Of a stretch of DNA of 64,000 bases, positions 29,871 to 39,149 are shown in pieces; position 1 is the stretch's first letter, and the number at the start of each line of letters is the position of its first letter. A program made the position numbers and the translations under genes. The notes beneath the pieces were generated by a model that made no database searches, was not told the origin of the DNA, and was given only the letters and a program-made list of their open reading frames with translations. The DNA is from Auanema rhodensis. Taxonomy: Eukaryota; Animalia; Nematoda. Location: the NCBI GenBank assembly GCA_964057225.1, contig OZ059897.1:21762001-21826000 (forward strand), written 5' to 3'.

Positions 29871-31049
29871 TCGCTTCACGTGAAAGATAAAGAGATGCGG
29901 TTTTCAAAATTAGATTCCCCATGTCCATATTAGTCTAAAAACAAATTTTTATTGATATTGGTGCATGGTAACCATGACTTTGAAATTTACGTGAACTTTA
30001 ATTTATGCTAATTAAATGTACACGTGATGTGCACTTGGTATGTAACTCGCTTCACGTGAAAGATAAAGAGATGCGGTTTTCAAAATTAGATTGCCCATGT
30101 CCATATTAGTCTAAAAACAAATTTTTATTGATATTGGTGCATGGTAACCATGACTTTGAAATTTACGTGAACTTTAGTTTATGCTAATTAAATGTACACG
30201 TGATGTGCACTTGGTATGTAACTCGCTTCACGTGAAAGATAAAGAGATGCAGTTTTCAAAATTAGATTCCCCATGTCCATATTAGTCTAAAAACAAATTT
30301 TTATTGATATTGGTGCATGGTAACCATGACTTTGAAATTCACGTGGACTTTAATTTATGCTATTTAAATGTACACGTGATTTGCACTTGGTATGTAACTC
30401 GCTTCACGTGAAAGATAAAGAGATGCGGTTTTCAAAATTAGATTCCCCATGTCCATATTAGTCTAAAAACAAATTTTTATTGATATTGGTGCATGGTAAC
30501 CATGACTTTGAAATTCACGTGAACTTTAATTTATGCTAATTAAATGTACACGTGATGTGCACTTGGTATGTAACTCGCTTCACGTGAAAGATAAAGAGAT
30601 GCGGTTTTCAAAATTAGATTCCCCATGTCCATATTAGTCTAAAAACAAATTTTTATTGATATTGGTGCATGGTAACCATGACTTTGAAATTTACGTGAAC
30701 TTTAAATTATGCTAATTAAATGTACACGTGATGTGCACTTGGTATGTAACTCGCTTCACGTGAAAGATAAAGAGATGCGGTTTTCAAAATTAGATTCCCC
30801 ATGTCCATATTAGTCTAAAAACAAATTTTTATTGATATTGGTGCATGGTAACCATGACTTTGAAATTCACGTGAACTTTAATTTATGCTAATTAAATGTA
30901 CACGTGATGTGCACTTGGTATGTAACTCGCTTCACGTGAAAGATAAAGAGATGCGGTTTTCAAAACTAGATTCCCCATGTCCATATTAGTCTAAAAACAA
31001 ATTTTTATTGATATTGGTGCATGGTAACCATGACTTTGAAATTCACGTG

Positions 31050-33160
31050 AACTTTAATTTATGCTAATTAAATGTACACGTGATGTGCACTTGGTATGTA
31101 ACTCGCTTCAAGTGAAAGATAAAGAGATGCGGTTTTCAAAATTAGATTCCCCATGTCCATATTAGTCTAAAAACAAATTTTTATTGATATTGGTGCATGG
31201 TAACCATGACTTTGAAATTTACGTGAACTTTAATTTATGCTAATTAAATGTACACGTGATGTGCACTTGGTATGTAATTCGCTTCACGTGAAAGATAAAG
31301 AGATGCGGTTTTTACAATTAGATTCCCCATGTCCATATTAGTCTAAAAACAAATTTTTATTGATATTGGTTCATGGTAACCATGACTTTGAAATTTACGT
31401 GAACTTAAATTTATGCTAATTAAATGTACACGTGATGTGCACTTGGTATGTAACTTGCTTCACGTGAAAGATAAAGAGATGCGGTTTTCAAAATTAGATT
31501 CCCCATGTCCATATTAGTCTAAAAACAAATTTTTATTGATATTGGTGCATGGTAACCATGACTTTGAAATTTACGTGAACTTTAATTTATGCTAATTAAA
31601 TGTACACGTGATGTGCACTTGGTATGTAACTCGCTTCACGTGAAAGATAAAGAGATGCGGTTTTCAAAATTAGATTCCCCATGTCCATATTAGTCTAAAA
31701 ACAAATTTTTATTGATATTGGTTCATGGTAACCATGACTTTGAAATTTACGTGAACTTTAATTTTTGCTAATTAAATGTACACGGGATGTGCACTTGGTA
31801 TGTAACTCGCTTCACGTGAAAGATAAAGAGATGCGGTTTTCAAAATTAGATTCCCCATGTCCATATTAGTCTAAAAACAAATTTTTATTGATATTGGTGC
31901 ATGGTAACCATGACTTTGAAATTCACGTGAACTTTAATTTATGCTAATTAAATGTACACGTGATGTGCACTTGGTATGTAACTCGCTTCACATGAAAGAT
32001 AAAGAGATGCGGTTTCTAAAATTAGATTCACCATGTCCATATTAGTCTAAAAACAAATTTTTATTGATATTGGTGCATGGTAACCATGACTTTGAAATTT
32101 ACGTGAACTTTAATTTATGCTAATTAAATGTACACGTGATGTGCACTTGGTATGTAACTCGCTTCAAGTGAAAGATAAAGAGATGCGGTTTTCAAAATTA
32201 GATTCCCCATGTCCATATTAGTCTAAAAACAAATTTTTATTGATATTGGTGCATGGTAACCATGACTTTGAAATTTACGTGAACTTTAATTTATGCTAAT
32301 TAAATGTACACGTGATGTGCACTTGGTATGTAATTCGCTTCACGTGAAAGATAAAGAGATGCGGTTTTTACAATTAGATTCCCCATGTCCATATTAGTCT
32401 AAAAACAAATTTTTATTGATATTGGTTCATGGTAACCATGACTTTGAAATTTACGTGAACTTAAATTTATGCTAATTAAATGTACACGTGATGTGCACTT
32501 GGTATGTAACTTGCTTCACGTGAAAGATAAAGAGATGCGGTTTTCAAAATTAGATTCCCCATGTCCATATTAGTCTAAAAACAAATTTTTATTGATATTG
32601 GTGCATGGTAACCATGACTTTGAAATTTACGTGAACTTTAATTTATGCTAATTAAATGTACACGTGATGTGCACTTGGTATGTAACTCGCTTCACGTGAA
32701 AGATAAAGAGATGCGGTTTTCAAAATTAGATTCCCCATGTCCATATTAGTCTAAAAACAAATTTTTATTGATATTGGTTCATGGTAACCATGACTTTGAA
32801 ATTTACGTGAACTTTAATTTTTGCTAATTAAATGTACACGGGATGTGCACTTGGTATGTAACTCGCTTCACGTGAAAGATAAAGAGATGCGGTTTTCAAA
32901 ATTAGATTCCCCATGTCCATATTAGTCTAAAAACAAATTTTTATTGATATTGGTGCATGGTAACCATGACTTTGAAATTCACGTGAACTTTAATTTATGC
33001 TAATTAAATGTACACGTGATGTGCACTTGGTATGTAACTCGCTTCACGTGAAAGATAAAGAGATGCGGTTTCTAAAATTAGATTCACCATGTCCATATTA
33101 GTCTAAAAACAAATTTTTATTGATATTGGTGCATGGTAACCATGACTTTGAAATTTACGT
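31050..33160. repeat. Local higher-order duplication: 2 x 6 monomers (1056 bp)
   Basis: TTCAAGTG 31111/32167, TTTACAAT 31315/32371, CACGGG 31785/32841, TTCACC 32030/33086. Confidence 0.85.
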
Positions 33161-36100
33161 GAACTTTAATTTATGCTAATTAAATGTACACGTGATGTGC
33201 ACTTGGTATGTAACTCGCTTCACGTGAAAGATAAAGAGATGCGGTTTTTAAAATTAGATTCCCCATGTCTATATTAGTCTAAAAACAAATTTTTATTGAT
33301 ATTGGTTCATGGTAACCATGACTTTGAAATTTACGTGAACTTTAATTTATGCTAATTAAATGTACACGTGATGTGCACTTGGTATGTAACTCGCTTCACG
33401 TGAAAGATAAAGAGATGCGGTTTTTAAACTTAGATTCCCCATGTCCATATTAGTCTAAAAACAAATTTTTATTGATATTGGTGCATGGTAACCATGACTT
33501 TGAAATTTACGTGAACTTTAATTTATGCTAATTAAATGTACACGTGATGTGCACTTGGTATGTAACTCGCTTCACGTGAAAGATAAAGAGATGCGGTTTT
33601 CAAAATTAGATTGCCCATGTCCATATTAGTCTAAAAACAAATTTTTATTGATATTGGTGCATGGTAACCATGACTTTGAAATTTACGTGAACTTTAGTTT
33701 ATGCTAATTAAATGTACACGTGATGTGCACTTGGTATGTAACTCGCTTCACGTGAAAGATAAAGAGATGCGGTTTTCAAAATTAGATTCCCCATGTCCAT
33801 ATTAGTCTAAAAACAAATTTTTATTGATATTGGTGCATGGTAACCATGACTTTGAAATTCACGTGGACTTTAATTTATGCTAATTAAATGTACACGTGAT
33901 GTGCACTTGGTATGTAACTCGCTTCACGTGAAAGATAAAGAGATGCGGTTTTCACAATTAGATTCCCCATGTCCATATTAGTCTAAAAACAAATTTTTAT
34001 TGATATTGGTGCATGGTAACCATGACTTTGAAATTCACGTGAACTTTAATTTATGCTAATTAAATGTACACGTGATGTGCACTTGGTATGTAACTCGCTT
34101 CACGTGAAAGATAAAGAGATGCGGTTTTCAAAATTAGATTCCCCATGTCCATATTAGTCTAAAAACAAATTTTTATTGATATTGGTGCATGGTAACCATG
34201 ACTTTGAAATTTACGTGAACTTTAATTTATGCTAATTAAATGTACACGTGATGTGCACTTGGTATGTAACTCGCTTCACGTGAAAGATAAAGAGATGCGG
34301 TTTTCAAAATTAGATTCCCCATGTCCATATTAGTCTAAAAACAAATTTTTATTGATATTGGTGCATGGTAACCATGACTTTGAAATTTACGTGAACTTTA
34401 ATTTATGCTAATTAAATGTACACGTGATGTGCACTTGGTATGTAACTCGCTTCACGTGAAAGATAAAGAGACGCGGTTTTCAAAATTAGATTCCCCATGT
34501 CCATATTAGTCTAAAAACAAATTTTTATTGATATTGGTGCATGGTAACCATGACTTTGAAATTTACGTGAACTTTAATTTATGCTAATTAAATGTACACG
34601 TGATGTGCACTTGGTATGTAACTCGCTTCACGTGAAAGATAAAGAGATGCGGTTTTCAAAATTAGATTCCCCATGTCCATATTAGTCTAAAAACAAATTT
34701 TTATTGATATTGGTTCATGGTAACCATGACTTTGAAATTTACGTGAACTTTAATTTATGCTAATTAAATGTACACGTGATGTGTACTTGATATGTAACTC
34801 GCTTCACGTGAAAGATAAAGAGATGCGGTTTTCAAAATTAGATTCCCCATGTCCATATTAGTCTAAAAACAAATTTTTATTGATATTGGTTCATGGTAAC
34901 CATGACTTTGAAATTTACGTGAACTTTAATTTATGCTAATTAAATGTACACGTGATGTGCACTTGGTATGTAACTCGCTTCACGTGAAAGATAAAGAGAT
35001 GCGGTTTTCAAAATTAGATTCCCCATGTCCATATTAGTCTAAAAACAAATTTTTATTGATATTGGTGCATGGTAACCATGACTTTGAAATTTACGTGAAC
35101 TTTAATTTATGCTAATGAAATGTACACGTGATGTGCACTTGGTATGTAACTCGCTTCACGTGAAAGATAAAGAGATGCGGTTTTCAAAATTAGATTCCCC
35201 ATGTCCATATTAGTCTAAAAACAAATTTTTATTGATATTGGTGCATGGTAACCATGACTTTGAAATTTACGTGAACTTTAATTTATGCTAATTAAATGTA
35301 CACGTGATGTGCACTTGGTATGTAACTCGCTTCACGTGAAAGATAAAGAGATGCGGTTTTCAAAATTAGATTCCCCATGTCCATATTAGTCTAAAAACAA
35401 ATTTTTATTGATATTGGTGCATGGTAACCATGACTTTGAAATTTACGTGAACTTTAATTTATGCTAATTAAATGTACACGTGATGTGCACTTGGTATGTA
35501 ACTCGCTTCACGTGAAAGATAAAGAGATGCGGTTTTCAAAATTAGATTCCCCATGTCCATATTAGTCTAAAAACAAATTTTTATTGATATTGGTGCATGG
35601 TAACCATGACTTTGAAATTTACGTGAACTTTAATTTATGCTAATTAAATGTACACGTGATGTGCACTTGGTATGTAACTCGCTTCACGTGAAAGATAAAG
35701 AGATGCGGTTTTCAAAATTAGATTCCCCATGTCCATATTAGTCTAAAAACAAATTTTTATTGATATTGGTGCATGGTAACCATGACTTTGAAATTTACGT
35801 GAACTTTAATTTATGCTAATTAAATGTACACGTGATGTGCACTTGGTATGTAACTCGCTTCACGTGAAAGATAAAGAGATGCGGTTTTCAAAATTAGATT
35901 CCCCATGTCCATATTGGTCTAAAAACAAATTTTTATTGATATTGGTTCATGGTAACCATGACTTTGAAATTTACGTGAACTTTAATTTATGCTAATTAAA
36001 TGTACACGTGATGTGTACTTGATATGTAACTCGCTTCACGTGAAAGATAAAGAGATGCGGTTTTCAAAATTAGATTCCCCATGTCCATATTAGTCTAAAA

Positions 36101-36330
36101 ACAAATTTTTATTGATATTGGTGCATGGTAACCATGACTTTGAAATTCACGTGAACTTTAATTTATGCTAATTAAATGTACACGTGATGTGCACTTGGTA
36201 TGTAACTCGCTTCACGTGAAAGATAAAGAGATGCGGTTTCCAAAATTAGATTCCCCATGTCCATATTAGTCTAAAAACAAATTTTTATTGATATTGGTTC
36301 ATGGTAACCATGACTTTGAAATTTACGTGA

Positions 36331-36362
36331 ACTTTAATTTATGCTAATTAAATGTACACGTG
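36331..36362 (+). repeat. Apparent target-site duplication, left copy (32 bp, monomer positions 75-106)
   Basis: ACTTTAATTTATGCTAATTAAATGTACACGTG immediately precedes the insertion and is repeated at 39079-39110. In a tandem array the length is only defined modulo 176. Confidence 0.7.
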
Positions 36363-36861
36363 TTCGGACGTTTATTGTTCAGTATTACAGGTTTTAACGT
36401 TAAGTATAGTACGAAAAGATATGCATTAGTTCCATACAATATGAACATAAAGATAATAACATAAAAAATTACAAATATCAGTGAAGTATAGTTAGAAAAA
36501 GAGTGTTAGGGTTGCAGTTAGCTCATCATACCTATCCGCATATGCATCGTATATGTCAACGTCTCTTTTTTAAGCAGGGGTTTGTTCAGTTTGAGAAACT
36601 GACCTCTCTTTAAAAGCTAACCAGGTGCGGTGGAACTTAGAAATAAGTCAAGCCCGTTCTGGAAGTCAGAGGTAACTAGCACCCGATCCGTATGGCTAAT
36701 GCCCATAAGATTCAATGGTGAAGTAACAGTGAAAAAAAGTATGGGAAAAGAGGATAGTTGATCAAATGACACATAGACAAAGATAATAGAAGAGTTGCAA
36801 TAACCCAAATAGTACAGAGCAAGTAAAAGAAACAATTGAAATAAACATGTTAATATTAATA
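36363..36861 (-). other. LINE 3' UTR (~499 nt), U-rich in the sense strand
   Basis: Lies between the ORF2 stop (TAA, 36862-36864) and the satellite junction. Confidence 0.8.
36371..36376 (-). terminator. Putative polyadenylation signal AATAAA, 8 nt from the element 3' end
   Basis: Plus strand TTTATT; the sense strand ends …CTGAACAATAAACGTCCGAA|satellite. No A-tail follows. Confidence 0.55.
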
Positions 36862-37481
36862 TTAATCTGAAAGGAAAATACTCAAATGTTTTCGAAAGCT
36901 GCTGATTCTTTCTAGACAAACAATGTTGTTTGGAATTGAGTTCCATGTATTGATGGCTCGATATTCGATGCCTTTTCTGGACTGAGTTTTCCTTAGATTA
37001 GGAAATTCAATAGTCCATGGATGCCGTCTAAGACTATGAGAGTGGTTTCTGAGTGAAAAAAGATTATCTGTAATAGTTGATTTAATTTGTTTGAAATAAA
37101 AAAGCAAATCAAAAATTTGTCTTCTGAAAGCTAGTTCTTCACTCCCTAAGAAAGAGAGTTGATCTTTGTATTTTAAGTTCAAACCAGATCGCATGAAAAC
37201 AGCACGCAAAAATTTTTTTTGTACGTTTTCTAAGCGTGTTTTGCATCTATTATCTTGCGGAGACCAGATAATAGAAGCATATTCAAGTATAGGTCTTATA
37301 TAGCAGCAGAAAAGTTTGAACATCAAGACTGGTGATCTTGAATAAAAGCATCTGAGAATTATGCGGCATTTTCTCGCTGCATCGTTGGTTATCTTATCTA
37401 TATGTTTATCAAACATAAGATTGTGTTCGGTTAGAACACCCAGGTCTTTATAGCTTTGAACGTTAGCAAGAATAATGTCAC
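36502..37481 (+). repeat. Left arm of the 980-bp inverted repeat (part of the LINE body)
   Basis: Reverse complement of 38102-39081. Paired coordinates sum to 75583 at both ends and at the ORF stops (36862/38721, 36617/38966), so there is no net indel. Translations are identical and spot-checked homopolymer lengths agree. Confidence 0.97.
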
Positions 37482-38101
37482 CAAACATAAATTTTTGGAC
37501 TCCAGAATTTTTTTTACTTGGAACCACCATGATTTTTGATTTGGAGGTGTTAACGCTCATACCGTTTTGTTGACACCATACTTTCAACTGATTGAGAGCA
37601 CATTGTAAACTAACCGGATTTTTGCTGTAAATTTTAAGATCATCAGCATAAAGAACAGAATTGACATCGCTGGGAAATTCTGATGTGATGTCGTTGATAT
37701 AAAACAGGAATAGGAGAGGACCGAGAACAGTGCCTTGAGGAACTCCACAAGTAAGTGGTTTAGATGGAGATAGTGCTTTTTTGATAAGAACAGAAAAGGA
37801 TCTACCAGAAATAAAACTTGTAAGAAAAGAGTGAAGAGAACCTTTGATACCCATGGAGTTGAGTTTATGTGAGAGGACGGCATGATTTATTAAATCGAAT
37901 GCTTTTGAGAAGTCAATGAAAGCAACAAAAACTGTATCGTTGCAGTCGAGAGAAGATCTCCAACTTACGTGACTGTCTAGGATGGCAGAAACAGTATTCC
38001 TATTAGGAAGAAAGGCATGTTGATAGTTAGGAATGGAGCCAGAAGATATGCCAAATGTAAGAAGAGGAGTGCGAACAAGACGTTCAAACTTGATGACATT
38101 A
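36862..38101 (-). pseudogene. Truncated LINE ORF2: reverse transcriptase (from just after subdomain 2 through 7) plus thumb/C-terminal region; no internal stops or frameshifts
   Basis: RT motifs FERLVR, YQHAF..NRNT, FIDFSKAFD, GVPQGTVLGPLLFLFYINDI, YADD, NTSKSKIM, YKDLGV. CR1-group C-terminal motifs RPILEYASIIWSP, LENVQKKFLR, RRQIFDL, LRRHP and RAINTWNSIP. The ORF-track start at 38127 is a TTG inside the inverted arm, so the first ~8 aa (possibly a few more) are not native. Confidence 0.92.
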
Positions 38102-38721
38102 GTGACATTATTCTTGCTAACGTTCAAAGCTATAAAGACCTGGGTGTTCTAACCGAACACAATCTTATGTTTGATAAACATATAGATAAGATAACCAACG
38201 ATGCAGCGAGAAAATGCCGCATAATTCTCAGATGCTTTTATTCAAGATCACCAGTCTTGATGTTCAAACTTTTCTGCTGCTATATAAGACCTATACTTGA
38301 ATATGCTTCTATTATCTGGTCTCCGCAAGATAATAGATGCAAAACACGCTTAGAAAACGTACAAAAAAAATTTTTGCGTGCTGTTTTCATGCGATCTGGT
38401 TTGAACTTAAAATACAAAGATCAACTCTCTTTCTTAGGGAGTGAAGAACTAGCTTTCAGAAGACAAATTTTTGATTTGCTTTTTTATTTCAAACAAATTA
38501 AATCAACTATTACAGATAATCTTTTTTCACTCAGAAACCACTCTCATAGTCTTAGACGGCATCCATGGACTATTGAATTTCCTAATCTAAGGAAAACTCA
38601 GTCCAGAAAAGGCATCGAATATCGAGCCATCAATACATGGAACTCAATTCCAAACAACATTGTTTGTCTAGAAAGAATCAGCAGCTTTCGAAAACATTTG
38701 AGTATTTTCCTTTCAGATTAA
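38017..38721 (+). pseudogene. Junction-created chimeric ORF: 29 codons essentially from antisense spacer sequence, fused in frame to the last 205 aa of LINE ORF2 (no catalytic YADD)
   Basis: ATG at 38017. From D30 onward (DIILANVQSYKDLG…SIFLSD) it is identical to the C-terminus of the minus-strand ORF. Confidence 0.8.
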
Positions 38722-39081
38722 TATTAATATTAACATGTTTATTTCAATTGTTTCTTTTACTTGCTCTGTACTATTTGGGTTATTGCAACTCTTCTATTAT
38801 CTTTGTCTATGTGTCATTTGATCAACTATCCTCTTTTCCCATACTTTTTTTCACTGTTACTTCACCATTGAATCTTATGGGCATTAGCCATACGGATCGG
38901 GTGCTAGTTACCTCTGACTTCCAGAACGGGCTTGACTTATTTCTAAGTTCCACCGCACCTGGTTAGCTTTTAAAGAGAGGTCAGTTTCTCAAACTGAACA
39001 AACCCCTGCTTAAAAAAGAGACGTTGACATATACGATGCATATGCGGATAGGTATGATGAGCTAACTGCAACCCTAACACT
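38102..39081 (+). repeat. Right arm of the 980-bp inverted repeat: inverted copy of the ORF2 C-terminus and most of the 3'UTR, lacking the terminal 139 nt
   Basis: Starts GTGACATTATTCTTGCTAAC (reverse complement of 37462-37481) and ends GCAACCCTAACACT (reverse complement of 36502-36515). The last 3 nt (ACT) are shared with the satellite. Confidence 0.97.
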
Positions 39082-39110
39082 TTAATTTATGCTAATTAAA
39101 TGTACACGTG
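39079..39110 (+). repeat. Apparent target-site duplication, right copy (29-32 bp; first 3 nt are microhomology with the inverted arm)
   Basis: Identical to 36331-36362. Confidence 0.7.
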
Positions 39111-39149
39111 ATGTGCACTTGGTATGTAACTCGCTTCACGTGGAAGATA

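Larger units (their letters stand above)
1..36362. repeat. 176-bp tandem satellite array, left part (~206.6 monomers; runs off the window start)
   Basis: ATGTCCATATTAG recurs every 176 bp (1, 177, 353, ... 881). Consensus: ATGTCCATATTAGTCTAAAAACAAATTTTTATTGATATTGGTGCATGGTAACCATGACTTTGAAATTTACGTGAACTTTAATTTATGCTAATTAAATGTACACGTGATGTGCACTTGGTATGTAACTCGCTTCACGTGAAAGATAAAGAGATGCGGTTTTCAAAATTAGATTCCCC (57/176 GC). 36362 = 206x176+106, exactly in register, so there is no net indel over 36 kb. Confidence 0.99.
36363..38101 (-). mobile_element. Main body: 3'-terminal ~1.74 kb of a CR1-group (CR1/T1-Q/Daphne/L2-like) LINE, 5'-truncated inside the RT domain
   Basis: Minus-strand RT frame, then ~500 nt of 3'UTR with AATAAA near the end. 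The endonuclease domain, ORF1 and the RT N-terminus (up to the YRPISL motif) are absent. The clade assignment rests on motif recognition only. Confidence 0.88.
36363..39081 (-). mobile_element. Composite non-LTR retrotransposon insertion: 5'-truncated CR1-group LINE plus an inverted duplication of its own 3' region
   Basis: The only non-satellite sequence in the window, with sharp junctions (…ACACGTG|TTCGGACG at 36362/36363; …CCCTAAC[ACT]TTAATTTATGC at 39079-39081). It encodes a LINE-type RT and is flanked by duplicated satellite positions 75-106. Confidence 0.95.

Noticed and set aside
36505-36512. Telomere-like TTAGGGTT next to the end of the inverted arm (AACCCTAA at 39070-39077)
   Set aside because: It is a single unit and part of the 3'UTR in both arms, with no tandem array, so telomere addition is not supported.
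36617-36946. 109-aa hydrophobic ORF (and its mirror at 38637-38966)
   Set aside because: Overlaps the ORF2 end out of frame and runs through the U-rich 3'UTR, which explains the F/L/I bias. It is duplicated only because it lies in the inverted arm.
37584-37883. 99-aa minus-strand ORF
   Set aside because: Alternative frame nested within the RT coding sequence, with no motifs.
38102-38127. Native start codon for the 421-aa RT ORF
   Set aside because: The codon is TTG and lies in the inverted arm, so the ORF is 5'-truncated and non-autonomous.
36502-39081. TIR DNA transposon, foldback element, DIRS or Penelope-type inverted terminal repeats
   Set aside because: The arms consist of LINE ORF2/3'UTR sequence and the left arm is not terminal (139 nt lie outside it). 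No transposase, tyrosine recombinase or GIY-YIG domain is present, and the RT motifs are LINE-type.
38102-39081. Second independent LINE insertion, head-to-head with the first
   Set aside because: It lacks the element 3' end, has no TSD of its own, appears identical to the first copy and joins exactly at its truncation point. A single event is more parsimonious.
36363-39081. Simple fold-back chimeric-read artefact
   Set aside because: A fold-back read would continue through the 3' end into inverted satellite. Here the arm stops early, and the satellite resumes in the original orientation with related variants. Considered unlikely, but read-level validation is still needed.
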